Counted from the stretch's first letter, positions 1-8,721 are shown. The stretch: 64,000 bases of DNA from Nocardioides sp. (GCF_047607365.1 NZ_JASGDD010000043.1:843-64842), one strand, 5' to 3'. The notes: generated by a model not told the origin, from the sequence alone. Made by a program: numbers and translations.

Positions 1-1480
1 GGATCGAGGTGATGTCCACACCGTCGAGCGTGATCCGGCCGCCGTCCAGCTCGTAGAACCGCATGATCAGGTTGACCAGCGTCGTCTTCCCCGCGCCGGT
101 CGGCCCGACGATCGCCACCGTCTGGCCGGGCTGCGCGACGAGGGACAGGTCCTGGATCAGCGGGTGGGCGGGGTCGTAGGAGAACGAGACCTCCTCGAAG
201 CGGACCTCCCCCCGCGCGCCAGATGATGCGGCGGGCAGGGAGCCGTCCCGGTCGGGCACCTGCTCCGGCGCGTCGAGCAGCTCGAAGACCCGCTCGGCCG
301 ACGCCACGCCGGACTGCAGCAGGTTGAGCATCGAGGCGACCTGGGTGAGCGGCATGTTGAACTGCCGGGAGTACTGGATGAAGGCCTGCACGTCACCGAC
401 CGTCATCGCTCCGTGGGCGACCCGGATGCCCCCGACGACCGCGACGGCGACGAAGTTGAGGTTGCCGATGAACTGCATCGCCGGCATCACCAGGCCGCTG
501 GCGAACTGCGCCCGGAAGCCGGCCCGGAAGAGGCCCTCGTTGCGCTCGGCGAAGACCTCCTCGACGTCGCGCTGGCGGCCGAAGACGCGGACGAGGTCGT
601 GGCCGGAGAAGGTCTCCTCGATGTGCGCGCTGAGCTGGCCGGTCTGGCGCCACTGCTCCTTGAACTGGCCCTGCGAGCGCTGCATCACCATCCGCGCGAC
701 GCCCATGGAGATCGGGACCGACACGAGCGCGATCAGGGCGAGCAGCCAGCTGATCGAGAACATCATCACGAGGATGGTCACCACCTGCGCGACCGAGGTC
801 AGCAGCTGCGACATCGTCTGGCCGAGGGTCTGGCTGACGTTCTCGATGTCGTTGGTGACGCGGGAGAGGATCTCGCCCCGCGGCTGGGAGTCGAAGTACT
901 CCAGGGGCAGCACCTGGAGCTTCTCCTCGACGTCGCCGCGCAGCTCCCGCATCGCCGCCTGGACGACCCGGTTGAGCAGCAGGCCCTGCACCAGGCCGAA
1001 GACCTGGGCGACGACGTAGAGCCCGATGACGAGCAGCAGGATGTGGCCGACCGCGCCGAAGTCGACGCCCTTGCCGGGCACGAGGTAGTCCATGCCGGCG
1101 ATCACGTCGGCGAGACGGTCCTGGCCCCGCTCGCGGAGGCCGGCGACGATCTGGTCGACCGTCTCCCCCGCGGGCAGCTTGCGGCCGGTCGCGCCGGCGA
1201 AGATCCGGTCGGTGGCGTGGCCGAGGAAGCGCGGCGCCAGCGACTGCAGCACCACCCCGACCACGGCGAAGAGCACGACCGCGGAGAGCAGCAGCCGCTG
1301 CGGGGCCATCCGGCCGAGCAGGCGCTTGGCGGACGGGCCGAAGGTGGCGGCCTTCTCCGCCACCATGGGGCCGCCCATCGGGCCGCCCCGCCCGGGTCCG
1401 CGCGGGCCCGGAGCGATGCGCTCGGTCGCCTTCATCTGCTGCCCGACCTTGGGCGTGGCGGACGAGTTGTCAGCGCTCAT
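1..1480 (-). CDS. ABC transporter, fused permease/ATP-binding subunit (type I exporter); 3' end cut by window edge
   Basis: Reverse translation of 2-210 gives EVRFEEVSFSYDPAHPLIQDLSLVAQPGQTVAIVGPTGAGKTTLVNLIMRFYELDGGRITLDGVDITSI (Walker A GPTGAGKT). ATG at 1480-1478 (MSADNSSATPKVGQQMKATE...) is in frame with the window edge (493 codons). Not in the ORF track because it is open at the edge. Confidence 0.85.
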   Translation of the reverse strand, partial: MSADNSSATPKVGQQMKATERIAPGPRGPGRGGPMGGPMVAEKAATFGPSAKRLLGRMAPQRLLLSAVVLFAVVGVVLQSLAPRFLGHATDRIFAGATGRKLPAGETVDQIVAGLRERGQDRLADVIAGMDYLVPGKGVDFGAVGHILLLVIGLYVVAQVFGLVQGLLLNRVVQAAMRELRGDVEEKLQVLPLEYFDSQPRGEILSRVTNDIENVSQTLGQTMSQLLTSVAQVVTILVMMFSISWLLALIALVSVPISMGVARMVMQRSQGQFKEQWRQTGQLSAHIEETFSGHDLVRVFGRQRDVEEVFAERNEGLFRAGFRAQFASGLVMPAMQFIGNLNFVAVAVVGGIRVAHGAMTVGDVQAFIQYSRQFNMPLTQVASMLNLLQSGVASAERVFELLDAPEQVPDRDGSLPAASSGARGEVRFEEVSFSYDPAHPLIQDLSLVAQPGQTVAIVGPTGAGKTTLVNLIMRFYELDGGRITLDGVDITSI

Positions 1481-1535
1481 CGGGGTCCCCGCTCGATGGT
1501 GCGGAGCGCAGCGGAGCAGCATCGCGTGGGGGTGT

Positions 1536-3269
1536 TCACGCCGCCTCCTCCGCGCTCAGCTGGGAGGCGACGATCTCCTGGTACGTCGTGTTGCCGGCCA
1601 GCAGCTCGGCGTGGGTGCCCCGCCCGACGATCCGGCCGTCGTCCAGCACGAGGATCTGGTCGGCGTCGCGGATCGTGGAGACCCGCTGGGCGACGATGAC
1701 GACCGTCGCGTCCGTGGTCTCCGGCTTGAGCGCGGCGCGGAGCCGGGCGTCGGTCGCCAGGTCCAGCGCGCTGAAGGAGTCGTCGAAGAGGTAGATCTCG
1801 GGACGGCGTACGAGAGCGCGGGCGATGGCGAGACGCTGGCGCTGACCGCCGGAGAAGTTCGTGCCGCCCTGGACGACCGGGGCGTCGAGCCGGTCGTCCA
1901 ACGCGGCCACGAAGTCGCGGGCCTGGGCGATCTCGAGAGCGCGCCACAGCTCCTCGTCGTCGGCGTCCTCCCGGCCGAAGCGCAGGTTGGAGGCGATCGT
2001 GCCGGAGAAGAGGAACGCCCGCTGCGGGACGAGCCCGAGACGCGACCCGAGCGCGTCGGGGTCCCAGTCGCGGACGTCGACGCCGTCGACCCGGACCGAG
2101 CCCGCGGTGGCGTCGAAGAGCCGCGGCACGAGGTTGACCAGCGTCGACTTGCCGGCGCCGGTCGAGCCGATGATGGCCAGCGTCTGGCCGCGGGTCGCGG
2201 CGAAGGAGAGGCCGGTGAGGACGGGCTGCTCGGCCCCGGGGTAGGTGAAGTCGACGCCGTCGAGGACCAGCTCGCCGCGGGTCTCGGCCGTCGTGACCCC
2301 GGCGGCCGGGGCGAGGATCGACGGCTCGGTGTCGAGCACCTCCTGGATGCGCTCGGCGCACACGGCCGAGCGCGGCACCTGCATGAAGACGAAGGTCCCC
2401 ATCATGACGCTGAACATCACCTGCATGAGGTAGGAGAGGAAGGCGGTGAGCGGGCCGACCTGCATGTCGCCGGAGTCGACGAGGTGACCCCCGAACCAGA
2501 TCACGCCGGCGCTGGCGACGTTGACGATGAGCAGCATCGACGGGAAGAACGCGGCGAGCCACCGGCCGGCGCGACGGCTGACGTCGGTGAGGTCGTCGTT
2601 GGCGCGCTGGAAGCGGGCGCGCTCCAGCGGCTCGCGGACGAAGGCGCGCACCACCCGGATGCCGGTGATCTGCTCGCGCAGGATCCGGTTGACCGCGTCC
2701 AGCCGGGACTGCACGAGCGACATGCTCGGCACGATCCGCGACACGATGAGCGCGACGGTCAGGAAGAGCGCCGGGATGAGGACGGCGAAGAGCCAGGCCA
2801 GGTGGGTGTCCTGGTGCAGCGCCATGAAGACCGCGCCGACCATCGTGATCGGGATGGACGCGCCCATGCCGCACAGGAGGTACGCCAGCATCTGCACCTG
2901 CTGGGCGTCGTTGGTCCCCCGCGTGATGAGGCTCGGGGCGCCGAAGCGGCCGATCTCGAACGCCCCGAACGAGCCGACCTTGTGGAAGAGATCGCGTCGC
3001 AGGTCCCGCCCGAACGCCATCGCCGAGCGTGCCGCCACGAAGCCCGCCGCCACCTGGCACACCACCTGCGCGAGCGCGACGAGGAGCATCACCCCGCCCA
3101 CGCGCCAGATGTAGCCCTGGTCCCCCTGCGACACCCCGTTGTCGATGATGTCGGCGTTGAGCGTCGGCAGGTAGAGCATCGCCCCGACGCTCACCAGCTG
3201 GAGGGCGGCGATCACCGCCAACGACCGACGATAGGGCGCGAGGAAGGTCCGCAGGAGCCTGATGAGCAT
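1536..3269 (-). CDS. ABC transporter, fused permease/ATP-binding subunit (partner of the downstream ABC gene)
   Basis: ORF 1536..3425(-). TM-rich N-half, Walker A GSTGAGKST, signature FSGGQRQRLAIARA, Walker B LFDDSFSALD. Start set at internal ATG 3269 (MLIRLLRTFLAPYRR), 3 nt after the TetR stop. Confidence 0.9.
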   Translation of the reverse strand: MLIRLLRTFLAPYRRSLAVIAALQLVSVGAMLYLPTLNADIIDNGVSQGDQGYIWRVGGVMLLVALAQVVCQVAAGFVAARSAMAFGRDLRRDLFHKVGSFGAFEIGRFGAPSLITRGTNDAQQVQMLAYLLCGMGASIPITMVGAVFMALHQDTHLAWLFAVLIPALFLTVALIVSRIVPSMSLVQSRLDAVNRILREQITGIRVVRAFVREPLERARFQRANDDLTDVSRRAGRWLAAFFPSMLLIVNVASAGVIWFGGHLVDSGDMQVGPLTAFLSYLMQVMFSVMMGTFVFMQVPRSAVCAERIQEVLDTEPSILAPAAGVTTAETRGELVLDGVDFTYPGAEQPVLTGLSFAATRGQTLAIIGSTGAGKSTLVNLVPRLFDATAGSVRVDGVDVRDWDPDALGSRLGLVPQRAFLFSGTIASNLRFGREDADDEELWRALEIAQARDFVAALDDRLDAPVVQGGTNFSGGQRQRLAIARALVRRPEIYLFDDSFSALDLATDARLRAALKPETTDATVVIVAQRVSTIRDADQILVLDDGRIVGRGTHAELLAGNTTYQEIVASQLSAEEAA

Positions 3270-3271
3270 GG

Positions 3272-3832
3272 TCAATCGCCTATCGTGAGTACGCCGTGGA
3301 GGAGGGTGTCGACGATCTGCTCGGGGGTGAGCAGCTGACCGTCGGAGATCTGTTCGTTGCTGCCCGCGAAGGTCAGCATCCGCAGCATGTGGACGAGCAT
3401 CTCGGGGGTCACCGACAGGCGCCACGCGTCGTTGGCGACGATGGCGGCCATGGCGGCGCGGGTCTCGTCGACCGCCGCGCGGCGGCTCTCGTCGAGGAGG
3501 TGCTTGGGCGGCCCCATCTGGCCGAGGGCGTGCATCAGCCCGAAGATCGCCCGGAACCGCTGCTGCAGGACGCTGACCAGCTTCAGCAGCTTCTCCCGCA
3601 GCGGCGCGTCAGGGTCGATCTCGTCGAGTCGTGCCAGCATCCGGCCGGGCGCGAAGGCCGTGGCGACGGCGGCGTCGATGAGCTCGTCCTTGGACTCGAA
3701 CGCCCGGAAGATGGTGCCCTCGGCGACGCCGGCCGCCTCGGCGATCTGGCGCGTCGTCACGGCCCGGCCGTGCTCGTAGAGCAGGGGCAGCGTGGCCGCG
3801 ACCAGCGCCTCGCGACGCTGGTCGGGCGACAT
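3272..3832 (-). CDS. TetR-family transcriptional regulator
   Basis: ORF 3272..3883(-). HTH TTRQIAEAAGVAEGTIFRAFESKDEL close to the N-terminus. Start preferred at ATG 3832 (MSPDQRREAL); the GTG at 3883 lies inside the upstream palindrome. Confidence 0.85.
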   Translation of the reverse strand: MSPDQRREALVAATLPLLYEHGRAVTTRQIAEAAGVAEGTIFRAFESKDELIDAAVATAFAPGRMLARLDEIDPDAPLREKLLKLVSVLQQRFRAIFGLMHALGQMGPPKHLLDESRRAAVDETRAAMAAIVANDAWRLSVTPEMLVHMLRMLTFAGSNEQISDGQLLTPEQIVDTLLHGVLTIGD

Positions 3833-3867
3833 CGGCCGGGCCCGCTCCCTCACGCCGGACACCCTAA

Positions 3868-3887
3868 GTGAGTGAGCACTCACTCAC
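3868..3887. promoter_or_regulatory. Candidate TetR operator: 20-bp palindrome GTGAGTGAGCACTCACTCAC between -35-like TTGTGA and -10-like TAGGGT (minus strand)
   Basis: 9-bp perfect arms around a 2-nt centre, 36-55 nt upstream of the TetR ATG. On the minus strand it reads TTGTGA-(17 nt containing the palindrome)-TAGGGT. Confidence 0.5.
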
Positions 3888-3958
3888 AACTGGATAAAAT
3901 GGCCCTTTCGACAGAGGGGCATCGTCGCCCAGGTCAGGGCGAGCGCCAGGGTTCCCGC

Positions 3959-4615
3959 CTACGGCGCCAGGCGCTCGGTCGCCCAGCCGTCCTCGGCGAG
4001 CCGATAGACGAGGCGGTCGTGCATCCGGCCGGTGCGGCCCTGCCAGAACTCCACCACCTCGGGCGTGACGCGATAGCCACCCCACTCCTCGGGCGGCGGG
4101 ATCTCCTCGACCCCCTCGAAGCGCCTCTCCGCCTCCGCGTACGCCGTCTCCAGCTCGGCCCGGCCGGAGACGACCTCCGACTGGTGGCTCGCCCAGGCCC
4201 CGAGGCGGCTGCCCCGCGGGCGGCGGGCGAAGTAGGCGTCGACCTCAGCCCGGCTCACCGGCGCCGCGGTCCCCTCGACCCGGACCTGCCGCTCCAGCGG
4301 GTGCCAGGGGAAGAGCAGCGCGACGCGGGGGTTGGCCGCGAGCTCGGCGCCCTTGCGGCTGGCCTGGTTGGTGTAGAAGACGAAGCCCCCGTCGGGACCG
4401 GCGTCGAAGCCCTTGAGCAGGACGAACCTCAGCGACGGCACGCCGTCCGGGGTGGCCGTGGCGACGGCCATCGCGTTGGGCTCGTGGATCCCGGCCGAGA
4501 CGGCGTCGGCGTACCACCGCTCGAACATCGCCATCGGCTCGGGAGCCAGATCGGACTCGTCGAGCCCCCCGAGGGCGTAGTCGCGGCGTGCCGCTGCCAA
4601 GTCTCGCGCATCCAT
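3959..4615 (-). CDS. pdxH: Pyridoxamine 5'-phosphate oxidase
   Basis: 218 aa. Shows the family-typical LRFVLLKG, FVFYTNQASRKGAEL, ALLFPWHPLERQVRVEG, EFWQGRTGRMHDRLVY and C-terminal RLAP. Confidence 0.9.
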   Translation of the reverse strand: MDARDLAAARRDYALGGLDESDLAPEPMAMFERWYADAVSAGIHEPNAMAVATATPDGVPSLRFVLLKGFDAGPDGGFVFYTNQASRKGAELAANPRVALLFPWHPLERQVRVEGTAAPVSRAEVDAYFARRPRGSRLGAWASHQSEVVSGRAELETAYAEAERRFEGVEEIPPPEEWGGYRVTPEVVEFWQGRTGRMHDRLVYRLAEDGWATERLAP

Positions 4616-4667
4616 ATCGCGACCCTAGGACATGCGCGACGGGGGGATCGCAGGCACAATGCGAGGC

Positions 4668-5768
4668 ATGACTGAGGTACACCACGGCCTGGAGGGCGTC
4701 GTCGCCTTCGAATCCCAGATCGCCGAGCCCGACAAGGAGGGGTCCTCGCTGCGCTATCGCGGCGTCGACATCGAGGAGCTCGCCGGCCGGGTGCCGTTCG
4801 AGAAGGTGTGGGGCCTGCTGGTCGACGGTTCCTTCGATCCCGGCCTCCAGCCCGCCGAGGCGTTCTCGCTGCCGGTGCACACCGGCGACGTCCGCGTCGA
4901 CCTCCAGTCCGCGATCGCCCAGCTGGCCCCGGCCTTCGGCATCACCTACACCTACGACTCGACGCCGGAGAAGGTCCGCGAGGACCTCGGTCGCGCGGCC
5001 GTCATGGTGCTCGCCTGGGCCGGCCAGTCGGCCCGCGGCATCGGCCACCCGGTGGTCTCGCAGAAGAAGGTCGACGAGGGCACGACGCTCGCGGAGAAGT
5101 TCCTCATCCGCTGGCGGGGCGAGGCCGACCCGAAGCACGTCCAGGCCGTCGACGCCTACTGGTCCTCCGCCGCCGAGCACGGCATGAACGCCTCCACCTT
5201 CACCGCCCGTGTCATCACCTCCACGGGCGCCGACGTCGCCGCCGCGCTCTCGGGCGCGATCGGCGCCATGTCCGGCCCGCTGCACGGCGGTGCCCCCTCC
5301 CGCGTCCTGGGGATGATCGAGGACGTCGAGCGCAGCGGCGACGCGACGGCGTACGTCAAGAACCTGCTGGACTCGGGCGAGCGGCTCATGGGCTTCGGCC
5401 ACCGGGTCTACCGCGCCGAGGACCCGCGCGCCCGCGTGCTGCGCCGGACGGCCAAGGAGCTGGACGCCCCGCGCTACGAGGTCGCCGAGGCGCTCGAGAA
5501 GGCCGCCCTCGCCGAGCTGCGCGAGCGCCGCCCCGACCGCGTGCTGGAGACCAACGTGGAGTTCTGGGCCGCGATCGTCCTCGACTTCGCCGAGGTGCCG
5601 GCTCCGATGTTCACCTCGATGTTCACCTGCGCTCGCACGGCCGGCTGGTCGGCGCACATCCTGGAGCAGAAGAAGACCGGCCGCCTGATCCGCCCCAGCG
5701 CGATCTACACCGGCCCCGCGGCCCGCTCGGTCAAGGAGATCGACGGGTACGACGCCGCCTGGGCCTGA
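4668..5768 (+). CDS. Citrate synthase (CitA-like, ~366 aa class)
   Basis: ORF 4632..5768(+). LEGVVAFESQIAEPDKEGSSLRYRGVDIEEL, GPLHGGAPSRVL, GFGHRVYRAEDPRA. Start set at ATG 4668 (MTEVHHGLEGV). Confidence 0.9.
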   Translation: MTEVHHGLEGVVAFESQIAEPDKEGSSLRYRGVDIEELAGRVPFEKVWGLLVDGSFDPGLQPAEAFSLPVHTGDVRVDLQSAIAQLAPAFGITYTYDSTPEKVREDLGRAAVMVLAWAGQSARGIGHPVVSQKKVDEGTTLAEKFLIRWRGEADPKHVQAVDAYWSSAAEHGMNASTFTARVITSTGADVAAALSGAIGAMSGPLHGGAPSRVLGMIEDVERSGDATAYVKNLLDSGERLMGFGHRVYRAEDPRARVLRRTAKELDAPRYEVAEALEKAALAELRERRPDRVLETNVEFWAAIVLDFAEVPAPMFTSMFTCARTAGWSAHILEQKKTGRLIRPSAIYTGPAARSVKEIDGYDAAWA

Positions 5769-5855
5769 GCCGAATGGGGCCTCCCCTCCCGCCGAATGGG
5801 GGCTCCCCTCCCCCGAGTAGGGCCTCCCCTCCCGCCGAGTGGGGGCTCCGGGATC
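5769..5855 (+). repeat. Tandem ~22-bp repeats, four units, core GCCGA(A/G)TGGGG(G)C(T/C)CCCCTCCC
   Basis: CGA(A/G)T core begins at 5771, 5793, 5814 and 5836 (periods 22, 21, 22). The array starts 1 nt after the citrate synthase TGA and fills most of the convergent intergenic gap. Confidence 0.8.
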
Positions 5856-5876
5856 GGGGCGGCGGGCCGAGTCGGC

Positions 5877-6347
5877 TCAGAGGCGCTTGCCGAAGCAGCG
5901 GTTGAGGGGCATGCCGGCGTAGTGGCCGAAGCCCTCGATCGGCTCATAGCCGTGACGCCCGTAGAAGGCGATCGCCTCGGGCTGACCCAGTCCCGTCGAG
6001 AGGATGAGGGCCTCGATCCCCGCCTCCCGAGCCGACTCCTCGAGCGCGAGCAGGACCTCGCCCGCGAAGCCGCGGCGCTGGGCTTCGGGAACGACGTGCA
6101 TCCGCTTCAGCTCGGCCGTGCGGGTCGTGCCGAGCCGGTCCTCGCCGACGACGCGCCAGGCGCCCGTGGCCACCGGCACCTCGTCGAGATAGCCGACGAG
6201 GAAGACACCGTCGGGCAGCACGAACTGGGCCGGGTCGGTCGGATCGTCGTCCCCGCCGCCGTACCGCTCGGTGTAGAACGCCTGCAGCCGCGAGGTGAGC
6301 GCCTGTGCGTCGGGGTGGTCGTAACCGAGGCGACGAAGCTCCAACAC
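5877..6347 (-). CDS. GNAT-family N-acetyltransferase
   Basis: ORF 5877..6488(-). Acetyl-CoA motif region LKRMHVVPEAQRRGFAGEVLLALEESAREAG ... FYGRHGYEPI. Start set at GTG 6347 (VLELRRLGY) to avoid overlapping serC; the start is uncertain. Confidence 0.75.
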   Translation of the reverse strand: MLELRRLGYDHPDAQALTSRLQAFYTERYGGGDDDPTDPAQFVLPDGVFLVGYLDEVPVATGAWRVVGEDRLGTTRTAELKRMHVVPEAQRRGFAGEVLLALEESAREAGIEALILSTGLGQPEAIAFYGRHGYEPIEGFGHYAGMPLNRCFGKRL

Positions 6348-6366
6348 GGATGGGAGGATAGGCGCC

Positions 6367-7482
6367 GTGAGGCTCGAGATCCCAGCCGGTTTGCTGCCCG
6401 CCGACGGACGCTTCGGCTCCGGGCCGTCCAAGGTCCCGGCCGGCCGCCTGGAGGCGCTGGCCGCCACCGGCGTGACGCTCATGGGCACGTCCCACCGTCA
6501 GCCGCCGGTGAAGCAGCTCGTCCGCCGGGTCGTCGACGGCCTCGCCGAGCTCTTCGCCCTGCCCGACGGCTTCGAGGTCGCGATCGGCAACGGCGGCTCG
6601 GCCGCGTTCTGGGACCTCGCCACCTTCGCGCTCATCGAGCGGCGCAGCCAGCACGCCGTGTTCGGCGAGTTCGGCGCGAAGTTCGCCAAGGCCGCCAACG
6701 CCGCGCCGTGGCTCGCCTCCCCCGGGATGCGTACGGCGGAGCCCGGCTCCCTCGTCACCCCCGTGTTCGACGCCGACGTCGACACCTACGCGTGGACCCA
6801 CAACGAGACCTCGACCGGTGTCGCGGCGCCGGTCGTGCGTCCCGCGGGAATGACGGCCGACCAGCTCACCGTGGTCGACGCGACCTCCGCGGCCGGCGGC
6901 CTCGGCGTCGACGTCAGCGCGGCGGACGTCTACTACTTCGCCCCGCAGAAGTCCTTCGCCTCCGACGGCGGCCTGTGGATCGCGACCCTCTCCCCCGCCG
7001 CGATCGAGCGCGCGGAGCGGATCGCGCGCAGCGACCGCCACATCCCGGAGTTCTTCTCCCTCGTCACGGCGCTCAAGAACACCCGTGCCGACCAGACGCT
7101 CAACACCCCGGCCATCGCGACGCTCTTCCTGATGGCCGAGCAGCTCGACCAGATGATCGCCGACGGCGGCCTGACGGCGATGGCGGCACGGAGCGCGGCG
7201 TCGGCCGAGGTGCTCTACGGATGGGCGGAGAAGTCGCCCTATGCGGCCCCCTTCGTCGACGACCCGACCCACCGCTCGCCGGTCGTCGGCACGATCGAGC
7301 TCGACCCGGACCTCTCCAAGGCGAGCGTCATGGAGGTCCTGCGGGCCAACGGCATCGTCGATCTCGACGCCTACCGCGGCATCGGCGCCAACCAGCTGCG
7401 CATCGCGATGTACCCCGCTGTCGACGCCGCCGACGTCGAGGCTCTCACCGCCTGCATCGACTGGGTCGTCGACCACCTCTAG
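6367..7482 (+). CDS. serC: Phosphoserine aminotransferase (actinobacterial SerC type)
   Basis: 371 aa. GTG start 7 nt after GGGAGGA. N-terminus MRLEIPAGLLPADGRFGSGPSKV...MGTSHRQPPVK and FAPQKSFASDGGLW resemble the mycobacterial SerC family. Confidence 0.88.
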   Translation: MRLEIPAGLLPADGRFGSGPSKVPAGRLEALAATGVTLMGTSHRQPPVKQLVRRVVDGLAELFALPDGFEVAIGNGGSAAFWDLATFALIERRSQHAVFGEFGAKFAKAANAAPWLASPGMRTAEPGSLVTPVFDADVDTYAWTHNETSTGVAAPVVRPAGMTADQLTVVDATSAAGGLGVDVSAADVYYFAPQKSFASDGGLWIATLSPAAIERAERIARSDRHIPEFFSLVTALKNTRADQTLNTPAIATLFLMAEQLDQMIADGGLTAMAARSAASAEVLYGWAEKSPYAAPFVDDPTHRSPVVGTIELDPDLSKASVMEVLRANGIVDLDAYRGIGANQLRIAMYPAVDAADVEALTACIDWVVDHL

Positions 7483-7523
7483 CGACGCCTGGCACGCACG
7501 CTCCAGACGCCGCTGGCCCACCG

Positions 7524-7706
7524 GCTCAGCCAGATCCACCGATTTTCGCCGTCGCGAGCGTCACCAGACGGGTGCGCCGGCAAGGCGGAGTGCCGAAGGC
7601 GGGCCGAGGTCTGAACGAAGTGGCCTCCGTCGAGGTGCGACAACGCCGCCGGCGTGCCCGGATGGGGGCGCGCAGCAGGCGCAAAATCGGTGGATCTGGG
7701 CTCAGG
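7524..7706. repeat. Nested inverted-repeat structure filling the convergent serC/topoisomerase IB gap
   Basis: Outer IR CAGATCCACCGATTTTCGCC (7531-7550) pairs with GGCGCAAAATCGGTGGATCTG (7678-7698), ~20 bp with one indel. It encloses 127 bp that contain copy A of the ~90-bp interspersed repeat (7568-7664). Confidence 0.75.
7568..7664 (+). repeat. ~90-bp interspersed repeat, copy A
   Basis: Shares ordered blocks GGCAAGGCGGAG, GCCGAAGGCG, GTCGAGG, GCGACAACGC, GCCGGCGTGC followed by ATG with the copies at 29667-29756 and 51896-51984. Imperfect terminal IR CGGGTGCGCCGGC / GCCGGCGTGCCCG. Confidence 0.75.
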
Positions 7707-8712
7707 CGTCGGCCTCGTTGCGGATCAGCCGCAGCGTTGCCCGCTCCAGCGCCACCTGGCGCTCGTCGGGGGTGTCGTAGGTCCGGCGGGTGACCGCGGC
7801 GATGGTGCGGCCCTCCTCGTAGGCCGACACGACCCGCGGGTCGACGTACGCGGATCGGGCGAGGGCGGGGGTGTTGCCCAGGAACTCCGACACCTCCCGC
7901 ATCGTGGCGGCGACGACCCGCTTGCGCGCGGCCTTCGAGGTCGCCTCCGGAGCCTCGGCGAAGGCGGCAGCGGCGAGCACGCTGGCGTGCCAGGTCCGGA
8001 AGTCCTTCGCGCTCGCCGTCGCTCCGGTCACCTCGCGCACGTAGGTGTTGACCAGCTCGGGCAGCATCGCGCGCCAGTGCCGCTCGAGCCGGTAGGCCAG
8101 CAGCGTCTTGTCCGTGCTCCGCCGCCGGCGCATCACCTCGATCGCGTCGGTGACGGCCGCGTCGTCGATCTCGATGCGATGGTCGACCCCGGACTTCCCG
8201 GTAAAGGTGAAGACCAGCGTGTCTTGGTGCCGACGGACATGCGACCGCTGCAAGGTGGTCAGCCCGAAGCTGCCGTGGGCGTCGGCGTACACGTCGTTCC
8301 CGATCCGGAAGTAGCCGAGGTCCAGCAGCCGCACGGCCACGGCGCAGGCGCGCTCGAGGGGCATGCCCTCGCGGCCGAGGTCGTCGACGACCTGCTCGCG
8401 AGCGCGCACGAGCGCCTCCCCGAAGAGCAGCACGCGGTCGAACTTCTCGGCGTCGCGACGGGTGCGCCAGGCCGGGTGGTAGAGGTACTGCCTCCGCCCG
8501 GCGTCGTCGGTCCCCACCGCCTGCAGATGCCCGTTGTCGTACGGCGTGATCCACACGTCCTTCCAGGCCGGCGGGATCACGAGCGCCCGGATCCGGTCGA
8601 CCGCCTCCGAGGGCAGCCGCTCGCCGTGCTCGTCGAGGTAGGTGAAGCCCTTCCCGGCGCGCCTGCGGGTCCAGCCCGCCTGATCCGGAGACGTACGACG
8701 GAGCCTGACCAC
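7702..8712 (-). CDS. DNA topoisomerase IB (poxvirus-like bacterial type IB)
   Basis: 336 aa, GTG start. GKGFTYLDEHG, IPPAWKDVWI, GTDDAGRRQYLYHPAW, FTFTGKSGVDH, SAKDFRTWHASV, LGNTPALARSAYVDP (C-terminal catalytic Tyr context). Confidence 0.85.
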   Translation of the reverse strand: MVRLRRTSPDQAGWTRRRAGKGFTYLDEHGERLPSEAVDRIRALVIPPAWKDVWITPYDNGHLQAVGTDDAGRRQYLYHPAWRTRRDAEKFDRVLLFGEALVRAREQVVDDLGREGMPLERACAVAVRLLDLGYFRIGNDVYADAHGSFGLTTLQRSHVRRHQDTLVFTFTGKSGVDHRIEIDDAAVTDAIEVMRRRRSTDKTLLAYRLERHWRAMLPELVNTYVREVTGATASAKDFRTWHASVLAAAAFAEAPEATSKAARKRVVAATMREVSEFLGNTPALARSAYVDPRVVSAYEEGRTIAAVTRRTYDTPDERQVALERATLRLIRNEADA

Positions 8713-8721
8713 GACAGGTGC

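Noticed and set aside
413-3338. Long plus-strand ORFs (413..1699, 1092..3338) and the alternative minus-frame ORF 1477..3060.
   Set aside because: They overlap the two ABC transporter genes, whose Walker and signature motifs are clear in another frame. Their compositions are Arg/Pro/Gly-rich with no motifs.
5796-7793. ORFs reading through the repeat arrays: the 665-aa plus-strand ORF here, 8718..8951(+) and 49056..49421(+), with PHS/GSP-type peptides.
   Set aside because: They are frames of the tandem repeats and of antisense coding DNA. They overlap the well-supported serC, GNAT, beta-propeller and aldehyde dehydrogenase genes.
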